62,291 nucleotides of DNA from Methanobacteriota archaeon (GTDB lineage Archaea; Thermoplasmatota; Poseidoniia; Poseidoniales; Poseidoniaceae): positions 47,960-110,250 of the forward strand of contig PBMQ01000015.1 in the NCBI GenBank assembly GCA_002722615.1, in the 5' to 3' direction. The translations under genes and the position numbers were made by a program. Under the pieces are notes generated by a model. That model saw only the letters and a program-made list of their open reading frames with translations. It had not been told where the DNA came from and did no database searches. Shown piece after piece: positions 38,801 through 46,980 of this stretch (position 1 is the first letter of the stretch; each line of letters begins with the position of its first letter).

Positions 38801-40743
38801 ATTCGCATTTCAGGAGGCCTGTCGTGCTTACCGTCTCTGTTCTTATCGACAAATGGGAAATGTTGTTCAAGGTAAATCTCTACTTTGTCGTAGGCGACTT
38901 CAGTTGTGTTGACATCACCTGAAATTCGAGTGAACGTATCGGCCATAACCCATGTTCCATTGACTGGGAAACTTACGTTCACATCGCTCGTACTTGCTCG
39001 AAGACCGTTGTCACAAATAGCTCCCTCAATGAATGCAATTGCGCATGAGGCATCGATGATTCCGTAACCAAACGTCGCATTCCAACGAGAAATTGATTCG
39101 TCAGCAGGATCACCTCTTGGTTCCGAGGATGTTCGAAGAATGTCCCTCACTTCATCGGGGGTTAGGTTCGGATCGGCTTCCAGCATCAAAGCAACGACAC
39201 CTGAAGCGATTGGAGTCGCCATGCTTGTACCCGATTTGGAATCATATCCTGTGTCTGCCAAGTTAACACCTGCCCCAGGAATCGGCAACGAAGTTGCATA
39301 TGTTGCGGAGATGATGTTCGACCCATAGGACGTAATATCAGGTTTCTCCTCGTCAAAGTCATCATCGTCATTGTCCGATGGGCGAGGCCCGTAATTCGAG
39401 AAATCGGACAAAATATCATCACCTCGAATCACTGTATTATTATCATCGACCGACCCGATTGTAATTGCACCATCTGCGCTTCCAGGAGACGGAACACGGT
39501 TCGTTCCATCGTTTCCAATGGCAACAATACACACAATTCCAGCGTTGGAGGCTTGGTTCACTAAATTGGCTTCTGCTGACGTACCGTTGTCACCCTGGTC
39601 ACCCGGGAACAATGGCCCACCGCCAACGGAACCGTAGGACATCGAAGCAATCTGAATTCCTCTGAATGTTGAATTCACGCCCCAATCCGTGTCAACGTTG
39701 TTGATCATCCATTGCAAGCCTCGGAGACTGAATTGAGAGTTTGTGCCTCCACCATCTGTGAGAACTTTGATGTCGATTAACCCCGCTCCAGGGGCAGTCC
39801 CCATGTGCAATCGTGAGGCATCCCCTGTACCAAGGGCAGAGCCAGCGACGTGAGTGCCGTGTCCATTCCCATCATCAGGGTCAGTGTTGCCCGATTCATC
39901 AGGTGTTTGGGCGGTCGCATCGTACCCAGCGATCCATTTTTGATCCGAATATGAAGTTGGATCTTCATCCGGAGCATCGTCGACATCGTCGAAATCATTG
40001 AGGGAGCGGTGTTCATTATCAACACCCGTATCAAGAACTGCAATGATGACTCCTGAACCGGTGTATCCTTGTTCGTGTGCAGTGTTTGAGTAATCGTCCG
40101 ATGGACGAGCGAGGGCTGCACGAGAGGCCACGTCGTTGTTCGGAACCATGACATTCTGCATCTCGACAACAACGACGCCGTCCAGATGATAGATATCCAT
40201 CAAAGCTGAGACTGGAACTTTATCGACTGCAACGGCATCAATGCTTGGAATGACCTCAAAGAAGGCTCCCTCCTTGGTTCCAATCCAGCCGTGTTCATCA
40301 AGTATCGATACCAGTTCTTCGGTTTCGTGATCTGTTGGGAACCATGCATAATCAACAACAATCGCTACAGTTTTACGACCATCAGGCCCAATAATCGCTG
40401 TTGGTGATATTGAGTCAAGACCTCCTAATATTCTCTGAAGGCGGTCATCCATTCCATTCCAATCGAGGTCGGGGCCGAATGATTGCCACCAACCGTAGTC
40501 CATGTTGGCAACTCTTCCTTCACGGTCAAACAAACGCAGAGGGCGATCGCAAAGATCATCTCCACAAACGAGAGGAGGAAGGTCTTCGACAAGAATTGGA
40601 GCGGAGTGCGTTGGTTCTTGAGCATCTGGAACGTAAGAAAATGCTTGAGTTTGTGAAGCCAACGGCAATAAAAGCATGAGCAAAACCAAGAACATCGCCT
40701 GCCTTGGATTGGAGAATGATGGTCTTCCTTGCATAATCGCCAT
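35845..40743 (-). CDS. Giant membrane-anchored subtilisin-like (S8) serine protease with CARDB-like repeats, C-terminal TM, acidic/Pro-rich cytoplasmic tail and terminal zinc ribbon
   Basis: 1632 aa. Signal peptide MFLVLLMLLLPLASQTQA. Catalytic triad motifs VIIAVLDTGVD, GHGTHVAGS and SGTSMATPIASG. TM IFLGIVSVLFLIFVLVVVSL followed by a 163-aa tail ending CPSCQANFPVTDITRAQVTCPICSEQFSL. Confidence 0.9.
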   Translation of the reverse strand: MAIMQGRPSFSNPRQAMFLVLLMLLLPLASQTQAFSYVPDAQEPTHSAPILVEDLPPLVCGDDLCDRPLRLFDREGRVANMDYGWWQSFGPDLDWNGMDDRLQRILGGLDSISPTAIIGPDGRKTVAIVVDYAWFPTDHETEELVSILDEHGWIGTKEGAFFEVIPSIDAVAVDKVPVSALMDIYHLDGVVVVEMQNVMVPNNDVASRAALARPSDDYSNTAHEQGYTGSGVIIAVLDTGVDNEHRSLNDFDDVDDAPDEDPTSYSDQKWIAGYDATAQTPDESGNTDPDDGNGHGTHVAGSALGTGDASRLHMGTAPGAGLIDIKVLTDGGGTNSQFSLRGLQWMINNVDTDWGVNSTFRGIQIASMSYGSVGGGPLFPGDQGDNGTSAEANLVNQASNAGIVCIVAIGNDGTNRVPSPGSADGAITIGSVDDNNTVIRGDDILSDFSNYGPRPSDNDDDDFDEEKPDITSYGSNIISATYATSLPIPGAGVNLADTGYDSKSGTSMATPIASGVVALMLEADPNLTPDEVRDILRTSSEPRGDPADESISRWNATFGYGIIDASCAIAFIEGAICDNGLRASTSDVNVSFPVNGTWVMADTFTRISGDVNTTEVAYDKVEIYLEQHFPFVDKNRDGKHDRPPEMRMDWTEVNGSSDYWFYDLELKDSWVLYEDDDPDKITNDKHLALYAIASDADGNQSNPAVRTFKISRTEISLVSPLSRTLLSGTVEVTGEVEGVEHDRIEYKIDDGEWQTGVFLTEHDGVGEDGPDTWSFDWDTTEADDGYREFFVRMVNQSGFETQTISRSYTIDNIPPAPSFRFQGDVEVFDQKLPAESAYAGSLLEVNFDVYNAGDKDATDIYVRLTAPGEESETYPSQGVIPSLEKGESVGVTLFWQASVAGLHDVKIELDPNGAQGDPEPEDNILTFPFEILERPNQPVLRYLPGSVTTVPNVPLVDEDYTISIRVDNLGQSNAVSLDMVLEYQIPGTSGWQLIGDKQISFIPGATVESGFQSAKFTHSNSNIGAVHYRATLTGDGVESEYSQHTFAVAVSDVSSGQGSATLSLADNEYPIGFAGIESSSLIFTTIDGELHVRSLTKDLRLQTDTLIDQNWGGELDVLVRNDGLVHAAWTSRTQSQQGYFLNDVAMTSISVTGQMLPIHHHLTGLKISEGEYWGLDLAQEDETVVLSGYFRNISTGGSWSDLTSIFSIYSESPDVGQNWSTMRTHIPVIDIHPDDGDQLSTLLLDGTLHVLYQEIRDDVSGIERTGLMYSRGDLDESQWSYQTSIGDEAQSAQLGVLSSGGNDYFFAAWVEGTAVDTNIAVLVTEGDWSESVQRTSAPGATTLLFNQRDDFIEVLYNEITVRGEVARYGILKVDGETPIVGLANIVSEKKSLLGYSMNAQDGIMFTVSPTGRFSMQKFLMDSGQEKPEPKSFLDQFLEPLPGSDEMKTRIFLGIVSVLFLIFVLVVVSLRSSRRKEESFEVDDDEEDEVAILIQVQEDEVEEELVASVPISVPLELEDEGPTLAEELEAKTSAGEGNARLNRRMKRKQKREIAEIVSKGLPPLPTPTPILNLPEAELAPPLPELDPVALPPLGELPPLRRQATCPSCQANFPVTDITRAQVTCPICSEQFSL
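35848..35934 (-). other. C-terminal zinc ribbon of the S8 protease cytoplasmic tail
   Basis: The sequence is CPSC-x16-CPIC at the extreme C-terminus. Confidence 0.65.
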
Positions 40744-40759
40744 ACCTTACGACGAATCG

Positions 40760-40768
40760 ATATATTTT
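40760..40768 (-). promoter_or_regulatory. TATA-like AAAATATAT upstream of the S8 protease gene
   Basis: It lies 16 nt before ATG 40743 and 25 nt before the in-frame ATG 40734, so the protease may start at the fourth codon (MQGRPSF...). Confidence 0.4.
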
Positions 40769-40803
40769 GATGCTATCGCTCCAACGTTCATTGAATTCAA
40801 TGG

Positions 40804-41856
40804 TTAACCGTGTTTTGGCCACGACAAATGTTTTGGTTCTTTCGAACATTGAATTTGAGGTCCTGTCTTGCGTTCAACCATCCCTAGAGGTGCAAGACAG
40901 AGGGGGCATTCACCAACTTCTGCGATGTGTTCCATCCAAGCAATCCGTGTTTCCGCCTCATCACCTGCGTTCAGTAGCTTTCTGAACGGTTCCCGCAAGT
41001 TCTTGGGCATCTCTAGTCCAAGTTCAGTCCAAGGGTCATCAAGCGAAGACAGATCAACCATAGATGCCTTCATTTGTTCAAACCCTGCTCTCGAATTTCC
41101 GAATCCCTTTGGACCACCATCGACAACTCCCATGGGATATGGACCTCCTTTTGCAACGAGTGGAAGAAGAGCATATGCAAGAACAAATCCACCAATGTGG
41201 GCCATGTGAGCAACCGTTGAATAGCCACCCAATCCAACTGCATTGAAAGCGCGAATTAACTCAAAACCAAAGTAAAAGAGAGCGATAATGGTAACCGGCC
41301 AAGGACGAATAAGGATCAACGGAAATGGAATTTCGTCTTTCGGCCATCCGGAAAGATATGCTCCTAGAAGACCATATGCTGCACCAGATGCGCCCCAAGA
41401 AGGCGTGTCTGAACCACTGTTGAAGAGAACCCAAGCGATAGAACCACCAAGAAGTCCTGCAACATATATTGCAGTAAACCGCTTTGTACCGAGGCGTTGT
41501 TCGAGAGGAATTCCTACCATTGCAATGACCAAAACATTACCAAGAACGTGAGTCACGTCGTTCATACTATGAAGGAACCCTGCCGTGAACAACGTTGGAA
41601 GATGGCCTGCAGAGTCAAGACGATTCGGTATCAACCAAAAATCAAACCAAACGAATCGCAGTTCCAGTCCATAGGAAACCAGAACGACAAAAGAATATTG
41701 GACGATGTAGCCCAAAAGCAATCCAACTGAGATTCCGAGTGCAATGGGTGTTTGGTTACGGAATGAATAGGCGATGGGCGCTACTACAGCAATGAACCAG
41801 AGGACGAGAATTACCCATTCAGAGGCACCAAATGTTGTGAGATACAACTGCCCCAT
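40804..41856 (-). CDS. Rhomboid-family intramembrane serine protease with a C-terminal cytoplasmic zinc-ribbon-like extension
   Basis: 350 aa. Rhomboid motifs FLHSMNDVTHVLGNVLV, GASGAAYGLLGAY (GxSG) and AHIGGFVLAY. The soluble C-terminal ~110 aa contains CPLC-x17-C-x5-H. Confidence 0.85.
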   Translation of the reverse strand: MGQLYLTTFGASEWVILVLWFIAVVAPIAYSFRNQTPIALGISVGLLLGYIVQYSFVVLVSYGLELRFVWFDFWLIPNRLDSAGHLPTLFTAGFLHSMNDVTHVLGNVLVIAMVGIPLEQRLGTKRFTAIYVAGLLGGSIAWVLFNSGSDTPSWGASGAAYGLLGAYLSGWPKDEIPFPLILIRPWPVTIIALFYFGFELIRAFNAVGLGGYSTVAHMAHIGGFVLAYALLPLVAKGGPYPMGVVDGGPKGFGNSRAGFEQMKASMVDLSSLDDPWTELGLEMPKNLREPFRKLLNAGDEAETRIAWMEHIAEVGECPLCLAPLGMVERKTGPQIQCSKEPKHLSWPKHG

Positions 41857-41932
41857 GTTCCTCCCACTCTTCGGTCAACTATGGGTCTTGTCCTGACGTA
41901 GGATTCATTCATGTGAGAGTTTTGGGTGGTTC

Positions 41933-43165
41933 ATGAGCGAAGTGCTCTTGTCACTCAACGACGTAACCGTGCGTCGCGGTTCTTCTGTAGTGTTGAAGGA
42001 CCTTCATCTTCAATTGGAAGAGGGGCAAATCGTCCTTCTCAGCGACAAGAATGGTGCCGGAAAATCAACCATCATCGAAACGGCTGCAGGACTGTTACCG
42101 CTTGAAACAGGAGAAGTTTCACATCACAGCAACCTCCTCATCGATTCCAATGGAAGGTCGAAACGACCTGAAAGAGCATTTGGTTTGACCTTGCAGTCGG
42201 ACGGCTGTATAGGCAGTCAGCGAGTTGAGGAACATATCCATAATGCTCTCGACATTAGTGGTGGACGGATCGAAATTGACCCATGGCTCAAGCGATACAA
42301 TCTAGCGCACCGTAAGCACGACCTAGTCGCTCATCTTTCTGGAGGTCAGCGACGTAAAGTAGCGATGCTTGCCGGCATACTGCCCGGTTTTGTTGGCTCT
42401 CAACCACGTATCTTGTTGTTGGATGAACCTGCTGCTGGTTTGGACAAAGCATCGCGTGCAATGTTGCTGGAAGATCTCCACAAGTTACAGCAGCGAGGTA
42501 ATGCAATTCTACTTGCAAGCCATCATGCTGATTTCAATACATGCGCGACGCATATGTTCCACGAAAACAAACTTGTTGCCAATGAATCTGCAGAAAAGGC
42601 AACAACTCACCATGAGGATATCAAAACCTTGCAAGCCAAAGGAAATGTTTCGTTCAGAACAAGTTTCACGCTCAATCAACGAACGCTTTCAACCGTTGCC
42701 AACAATGGCATTGCGGGCCTTTTGACACTCGGAATTCTTTTGGCTCTTGTCGATTCATCCGCTGTTGATTCATCCGTCATTCAAGCCTCTGGACTGTTTC
42801 TTAGTGCCGCTTTCGCCGCAGGCCTCGTTGGAGATTCTATGATTTCGATGTTGCACGAGCAGAAAGCGTTGGATTGGTGGAAGGCTCATCGACAGGGCAT
42901 CCCCAACTCCTATGTTCATGCTCTTGTTATTGGGTCTGGGTTGACAGCATTGACACAATTAGGTTTTGATAGTGAACTTTCGATAGAATTGATACTCATT
43001 GGAGGTCTGCTTACCTCTGCAACAATGGCCATCGTTCGTGCCATGGAGTTGGCAACCTCAAGGCTTGCAAGACCTCGGGCTGCTTTCATTCGAATCCTGA
43101 CACCCATACTGATTCTCCCCTTCGCTCTTCTTGTCCAATGGATTACCGATTCGAACCTGTTGTGA
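41933..43165 (+). CDS. ccmAB: Heme-exporter-type ABC protein, likely a CcmA-CcmB fusion
   Basis: 410 aa. ABC ATPase with Walker A SDKNGAGKST, signature LSGGQRRKV and Walker B LLLDEPAAGLD, followed by a ~190-aa polytopic domain. The call rests largely on the adjacent ccmC and ccmD. Confidence 0.55.
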   Translation: MSEVLLSLNDVTVRRGSSVVLKDLHLQLEEGQIVLLSDKNGAGKSTIIETAAGLLPLETGEVSHHSNLLIDSNGRSKRPERAFGLTLQSDGCIGSQRVEEHIHNALDISGGRIEIDPWLKRYNLAHRKHDLVAHLSGGQRRKVAMLAGILPGFVGSQPRILLLDEPAAGLDKASRAMLLEDLHKLQQRGNAILLASHHADFNTCATHMFHENKLVANESAEKATTHHEDIKTLQAKGNVSFRTSFTLNQRTLSTVANNGIAGLLTLGILLALVDSSAVDSSVIQASGLFLSAAFAAGLVGDSMISMLHEQKALDWWKAHRQGIPNSYVHALVIGSGLTALTQLGFDSELSIELILIGGLLTSATMAIVRAMELATSRLARPRAAFIRILTPILILPFALLVQWITDSNLL

Positions 43166-43190
43166 ATGCAATTGTTGAAAACAAGAGGCA

Positions 43191-43196
43191 AGGTGG
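43191..43196 (+). promoter_or_regulatory. Shine-Dalgarno-like AGGTGG before the ccmC ATG 43204
   Basis: caAGGTGGggaactcATG. Confidence 0.4.
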
Positions 43197-43203
43197 GGAA
43201 CTC

Positions 43204-43902
43204 ATGGGCAATCGATTAGCAGAATCGATACTTCTGCTCGGGTTTGTGGGTATTGGAACCACGCTCATGCTTGCATTGCTGAAGGCACCTAGTGTCTCCA
43301 TCAACGCATTTGAATCACCTGATGCGCAACGAATATTCTATTGGCACGTCCCGGCGGCTTGGGCTGCATTTATTGCTTTTGGAATCCTTTTTGTTGGTTC
43401 GGCATTGTGGTTTTTCAAGCGTTCAAACCTTGGTTGGAGAATGCATGTTGCAGGTGCAGAAGCTGGCCTCGCCACTGGCTTGATGACCATCTGGAGCGGG
43501 ATGGTTTGGGGATCTGCTGAATGGGGAGTTCCTTGGGATTGGACGGATGTTCGATTGAACACCTTTGGATTGCTCACCTTCCTTGCCCTCTTCTTAGTCC
43601 TCGGACGGCAATCTCAACCCGATGGAGTAGAGACAAGAGATACCTTTTCCACGTTTGGTCTGTTTGGTTTTGTTCTTGTTCCAGTCACATATGTCGCAAC
43701 CCGGCTTTGGCAAATACGCCATCCTGGTCCTGTCGTCGGAGGAGGAGATAGTGGCAGTTTAAACGGCGAGATGGCTGTTATCCTCCTCATTGGAGCAATC
43801 TCATTTACCGTTTTTATCATCGGCCATGTCCTCATGAGCATGAGAATCACATCTCTTGAGCAACGTCTAGAAAGTCTTCAAGAAGCATTGGATAAGGTGT
43901 GA
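43204..43902 (+). CDS. ccmC: Cytochrome c maturation protein CcmC (heme-handling WWD protein)
   Basis: Contains IFYWHVPAAW (conserved His) and the Trp-rich WWD motif WGSAEWGVPWDWTDVRLN. I prefer ATG 43204, which is preceded by AGGTGG, over the track start 43138. Confidence 0.85.
   Translation: MGNRLAESILLLGFVGIGTTLMLALLKAPSVSINAFESPDAQRIFYWHVPAAWAAFIAFGILFVGSALWFFKRSNLGWRMHVAGAEAGLATGLMTIWSGMVWGSAEWGVPWDWTDVRLNTFGLLTFLALFLVLGRQSQPDGVETRDTFSTFGLFGFVLVPVTYVATRLWQIRHPGPVVGGGDSGSLNGEMAVILLIGAISFTVFIIGHVLMSMRITSLEQRLESLQEALDKV
43895..43899 (+). promoter_or_regulatory. Shine-Dalgarno-like AGGTG, 6 nt before the ccmD ATG 43906
   Basis: taAGGTGtgaacaATG. Confidence 0.4.
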
Positions 43903-43905
43903 ACA

Positions 43906-44097
43906 ATGGCGGAAGGTATGACGTATCTTGCAGTGGCTTACCTCGGTATGCTCATTGCCATTGGAATATGGACGTGGACAGTGTTCTCAAGAAGCAACGA
44001 CCTACAACAACGAATCGAAGCGGTTGAAGGCAAAATTAAGGACTCTAAACCGAACAGTATAGTGATTACGAGCCCGGCAAGTGAAGAACAGGAATGA
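43906..44097 (+). CDS. ccmD: Small single-TM protein, CcmD-like
   Basis: 63 aa. YLAVAYLGMLIAIGIWTWTVFSRSNDLQQRIEAVE resembles the CcmD TM plus basic/helical tail. It lies directly after ccmC, with AGGTG 6 nt upstream. Confidence 0.5.
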   Translation: MAEGMTYLAVAYLGMLIAIGIWTWTVFSRSNDLQQRIEAVEGKIKDSKPNSIVITSPASEEQE

Positions 44098-45167
44098 TTC
44101 CAATGGATCGAGGACTGGGGGGCGAATTTTGTCTGGTATGTGGCAGTGAACCACCACTCTTCACGGACAAAATGTGTGAAGCTTGCACTCGAAAGCGAAC
44201 TAAGTTGGCAAACGTGCCAGAAAATACAAATTTCACACAATGTGCTCGTTGTGGCCTCATCGACATTCAAGGACGATGGGTCAACATTCCAGAAGATACA
44301 CTGTGGGATGAATTGATTCAACGAAATGTAGCATTCCATGAACGGGCGGAAGAGATTGGCCTTGGTTTTGAGCCACAAATCGTTTCCGATCGACATACGC
44401 TACTTCACATGCAGATGGAAGGAGTTGTCGATGATCTTCTGTACACAGAAGAACACACAATGCGTGCTCGACGTTCGAACGGCGTTTGTCTGACCTGTAC
44501 CCGACGTGCTGGAAATTACTTTGAGGCAACGGTTCAACTTCGCTCAACCGGACGACGACTAGAAGAAGTTGAATTGAATAAATTGCGAGGAAGCCTCGAT
44601 GATGTTATTGAAAATCTAAGCGATGATCCAATGTTTTTCATCACGAATGAAGGCCCTGTTACAGGCGGATATGATGTCATCATGGGGTCAAAGGGATTAG
44701 CACGAGCATGGGGTCGGCATTTAACGGAAACATGGGGTGGTCAAGTTACTGAAACCAACTCCACCGTTGGTCGTAAGGACGGTGTAGATGTCACTCGTTT
44801 GACGCTTTTGTACAGAAAACCTGGTTATGATTTGGGAGATGTTGTTAAGTGGCGAGGTGAATTATGGAGGCCAAGTTCTTGGAGCAAGGATGGAGCTATT
44901 ATGGAACGAATTACGCGTCAGGAACGCACTGGTGCGACTTGGAGAGATCTCGAAGGCGCAACCGTCCTTTCTCAAATGAAAGATCACCTGGTCGTCGATA
45001 TCTTGAATCGCGACGATTCGGCTGCGGAGTTCCTCGACCCTTCCACATGGCAGATGACTTCAGTTCGGTTACCATGGGATTTTGATGGTGGCTCTCAACT
45101 TCGTCTCGCTCGACTTGATGGTGAGTTCCTTGCCCTCCATGATATGGCCCTCGACCACTTGGATTGA
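44094..45167 (+). CDS. NMD3-family ribosomal large-subunit biogenesis factor
   Basis: 357 aa. N-terminal Cys clusters CLVCG..CEAC..CARCG and CLTCTRRAGNYFEATVQLR. ATGA start/stop overlap with ccmD. Confidence 0.8.
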   Translation: MIPMDRGLGGEFCLVCGSEPPLFTDKMCEACTRKRTKLANVPENTNFTQCARCGLIDIQGRWVNIPEDTLWDELIQRNVAFHERAEEIGLGFEPQIVSDRHTLLHMQMEGVVDDLLYTEEHTMRARRSNGVCLTCTRRAGNYFEATVQLRSTGRRLEEVELNKLRGSLDDVIENLSDDPMFFITNEGPVTGGYDVIMGSKGLARAWGRHLTETWGGQVTETNSTVGRKDGVDVTRLTLLYRKPGYDLGDVVKWRGELWRPSSWSKDGAIMERITRQERTGATWRDLEGATVLSQMKDHLVVDILNRDDSAAEFLDPSTWQMTSVRLPWDFDGGSQLRLARLDGEFLALHDMALDHLD

Positions 45168-45204
45168 TAGGAGCCCATATGAAGGGCTAACTTTACATCG
45201 GACT

Positions 45205-46302
45205 ATGGCCGATGAAACCTTGGATATCGATGCCCTGTGCCAACAATTGGATTCAGAAGGCATGATTGGCTTCGTCGAATCCTTTGTTTCAGACATCGAG
45301 AAAGGCTTCTCTGTTGTCAATGAAGAACATCTCCCATGGCTACATGATGTTAAGGAGACGCAATGGAAAGGCGCGCTTTGTTTCGGAATGGGAGGTTCTG
45401 CAGCTGGTGGTGATTTTCTAGCAAGACTCTCCGATTCATCCGGTTCAAAACCCGTGATTGTTCACAGAGGATACCAACTACCATCATGGTGGACTCCGGA
45501 TTGGCTCATCATCGCAACCTCCCACAGTGGCAATACTGAGGAGACTCTGGCTGCCACAGAATCTGCTCTCAAACAAGGCGCAACTGCTGTTGTCATTGCA
45601 TCCGGCGGCATCCTTGCTGGATTGTGTGAATTGTATGAGACATGCCACCTCATCCCATCTGTTGGAGGTCAGCCACCCCGCACTGCGTTTGGCCATCTTT
45701 TCTCCCGCCAACTTGCCCTCGTCGAACATCTTGGATTCCTTTCGTCCCAACCTGAAGATGAGCGAGAAGCGATGCTTGTTCGCCTTGAATATGCTTCTCA
45801 ATCCAACGATTTCCGTAAATCATCTGGTATACCCTTACTGGAACTGGCGATGGCATTGAAGGATCATCCAATCTCATTGCTCGGACCTACTGAATTGCAA
45901 CCCGCCCTCATTCGCTTCAAGAACCAGGTCAACGAAAACTCTGGCCGATTTGCACGAATCGGTATTGTTCCTGAAATGAATCACAATGAAATCGTAGCAT
46001 GGGGCGGTGTTTCAGATGATGCAGATCCTGCGAGAGAAGACCAAGCGACCTTGTTCCTTACATGGGATGGTATGCAAAAGCGAGTAAGCAAACGTATCGA
46101 TTGGATGATTGAACATACCCCTACAAACTATGCCTGGAGAATTCATGGCGAAGGTAGTTCATTGCTTGAAGTCCTTTTGCATCATTGCATCGTTATGGAT
46201 TGGCTGACGATTGCACTTGCATTGGTGCATGGAAAAGAACCATCTGCAATTCGTCCCATTCAAGCATTAAAGGCATACCTTACCGACGCTGCTTCAGTAT
46301 AA
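45205..46302 (+). CDS. Bifunctional phosphoglucose/phosphomannose isomerase family protein (SIS domain)
   Basis: From ATG 45205 (MADETLDID...). Contains GMGGSAAGGDFL and IIATSHSGNTEETLAA. The track start 45082 overlaps NMD3 by 86 nt. Confidence 0.8.
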   Translation: MADETLDIDALCQQLDSEGMIGFVESFVSDIEKGFSVVNEEHLPWLHDVKETQWKGALCFGMGGSAAGGDFLARLSDSSGSKPVIVHRGYQLPSWWTPDWLIIATSHSGNTEETLAATESALKQGATAVVIASGGILAGLCELYETCHLIPSVGGQPPRTAFGHLFSRQLALVEHLGFLSSQPEDEREAMLVRLEYASQSNDFRKSSGIPLLELAMALKDHPISLLGPTELQPALIRFKNQVNENSGRFARIGIVPEMNHNEIVAWGGVSDDADPAREDQATLFLTWDGMQKRVSKRIDWMIEHTPTNYAWRIHGEGSSLLEVLLHHCIVMDWLTIALALVHGKEPSAIRPIQALKAYLTDAASV

Positions 46303-46908
46303 GTCCCCTAAAATATTCCTTGGGTCAGGATAACGGAGGAGAGCATCTTCTCGGTTTTTTGGAGATACAACTCCTTGCAAATCTGGTCCTGAAGGCTCTT
46401 CAAACGACAATTGAATATGCACGTGTGGTGGCCAACCACCGTTTTCATGCTCCTCCCCCATGCATGCAATTTGTTCACCTTTTTTGATACGAGCACCAGC
46501 TTCGAGAGACGTCAGTGATTCTCGTGAAAGGTGTCCATGAAGTACCCACAGTGTTTTGTCAACGCCATCAATCGTTACTGTGTGTTGGGTGATGATGGTA
46601 GGCCCATATGAACCGTCTTCATCGTTATCGGCAAAACTGTGGATTGTCCCATCTTCGAATGCATAGATTGGAGTTTGCGCCGGACCACCGATGTCAAGGC
46701 CGACGTGGATGGTTCGTTCTCCACCAAACAAGGCTTGTGTGTACATCCCTTTTCGATCTTCATCGTATCGGCCAACAGTATATTCAAAATGCTGATTCCA
46801 ATTGCTCTGAGGTTTTTGGAGATTCAACACCCAATACGTCTCCGGTAACTGGACGATGGGGTGAAACTGATTTTGGTCAGTACCCGCTAGGTCCGAACAA
46901 CCCCACAT
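46294..46908 (-). CDS. M23-family metallopeptidase-like protein with no signal peptide
   Basis: 204 aa. Contains HVGLDIGG (HxxxD), LHGHL and PPHVHIQL (HxH). The C-terminus ends RYPDPRNILGDLY. Confidence 0.7.
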   Translation of the reverse strand: MWGCSDLAGTDQNQFHPIVQLPETYWVLNLQKPQSNWNQHFEYTVGRYDEDRKGMYTQALFGGERTIHVGLDIGGPAQTPIYAFEDGTIHSFADNDEDGSYGPTIITQHTVTIDGVDKTLWVLHGHLSRESLTSLEAGARIKKGEQIACMGEEHENGGWPPHVHIQLSFEEPSGPDLQGVVSPKNREDALLRYPDPRNILGDLY

Positions 46909-46950
46909 GATGTGGAGAAGAGATTCACCTCTAAGAGTTCATGCATGAAC

Positions 46951-46958
46951 TTGATGTG
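46951..46958 (+). promoter_or_regulatory. TTGATGTG octamer 22 nt upstream of ATG 46981
   Basis: It is identical to the octamer at 14088..14095. Confidence 0.4.
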
Positions 46959-46980
46959 GTGCATGAACGAGCAAGGTTGT

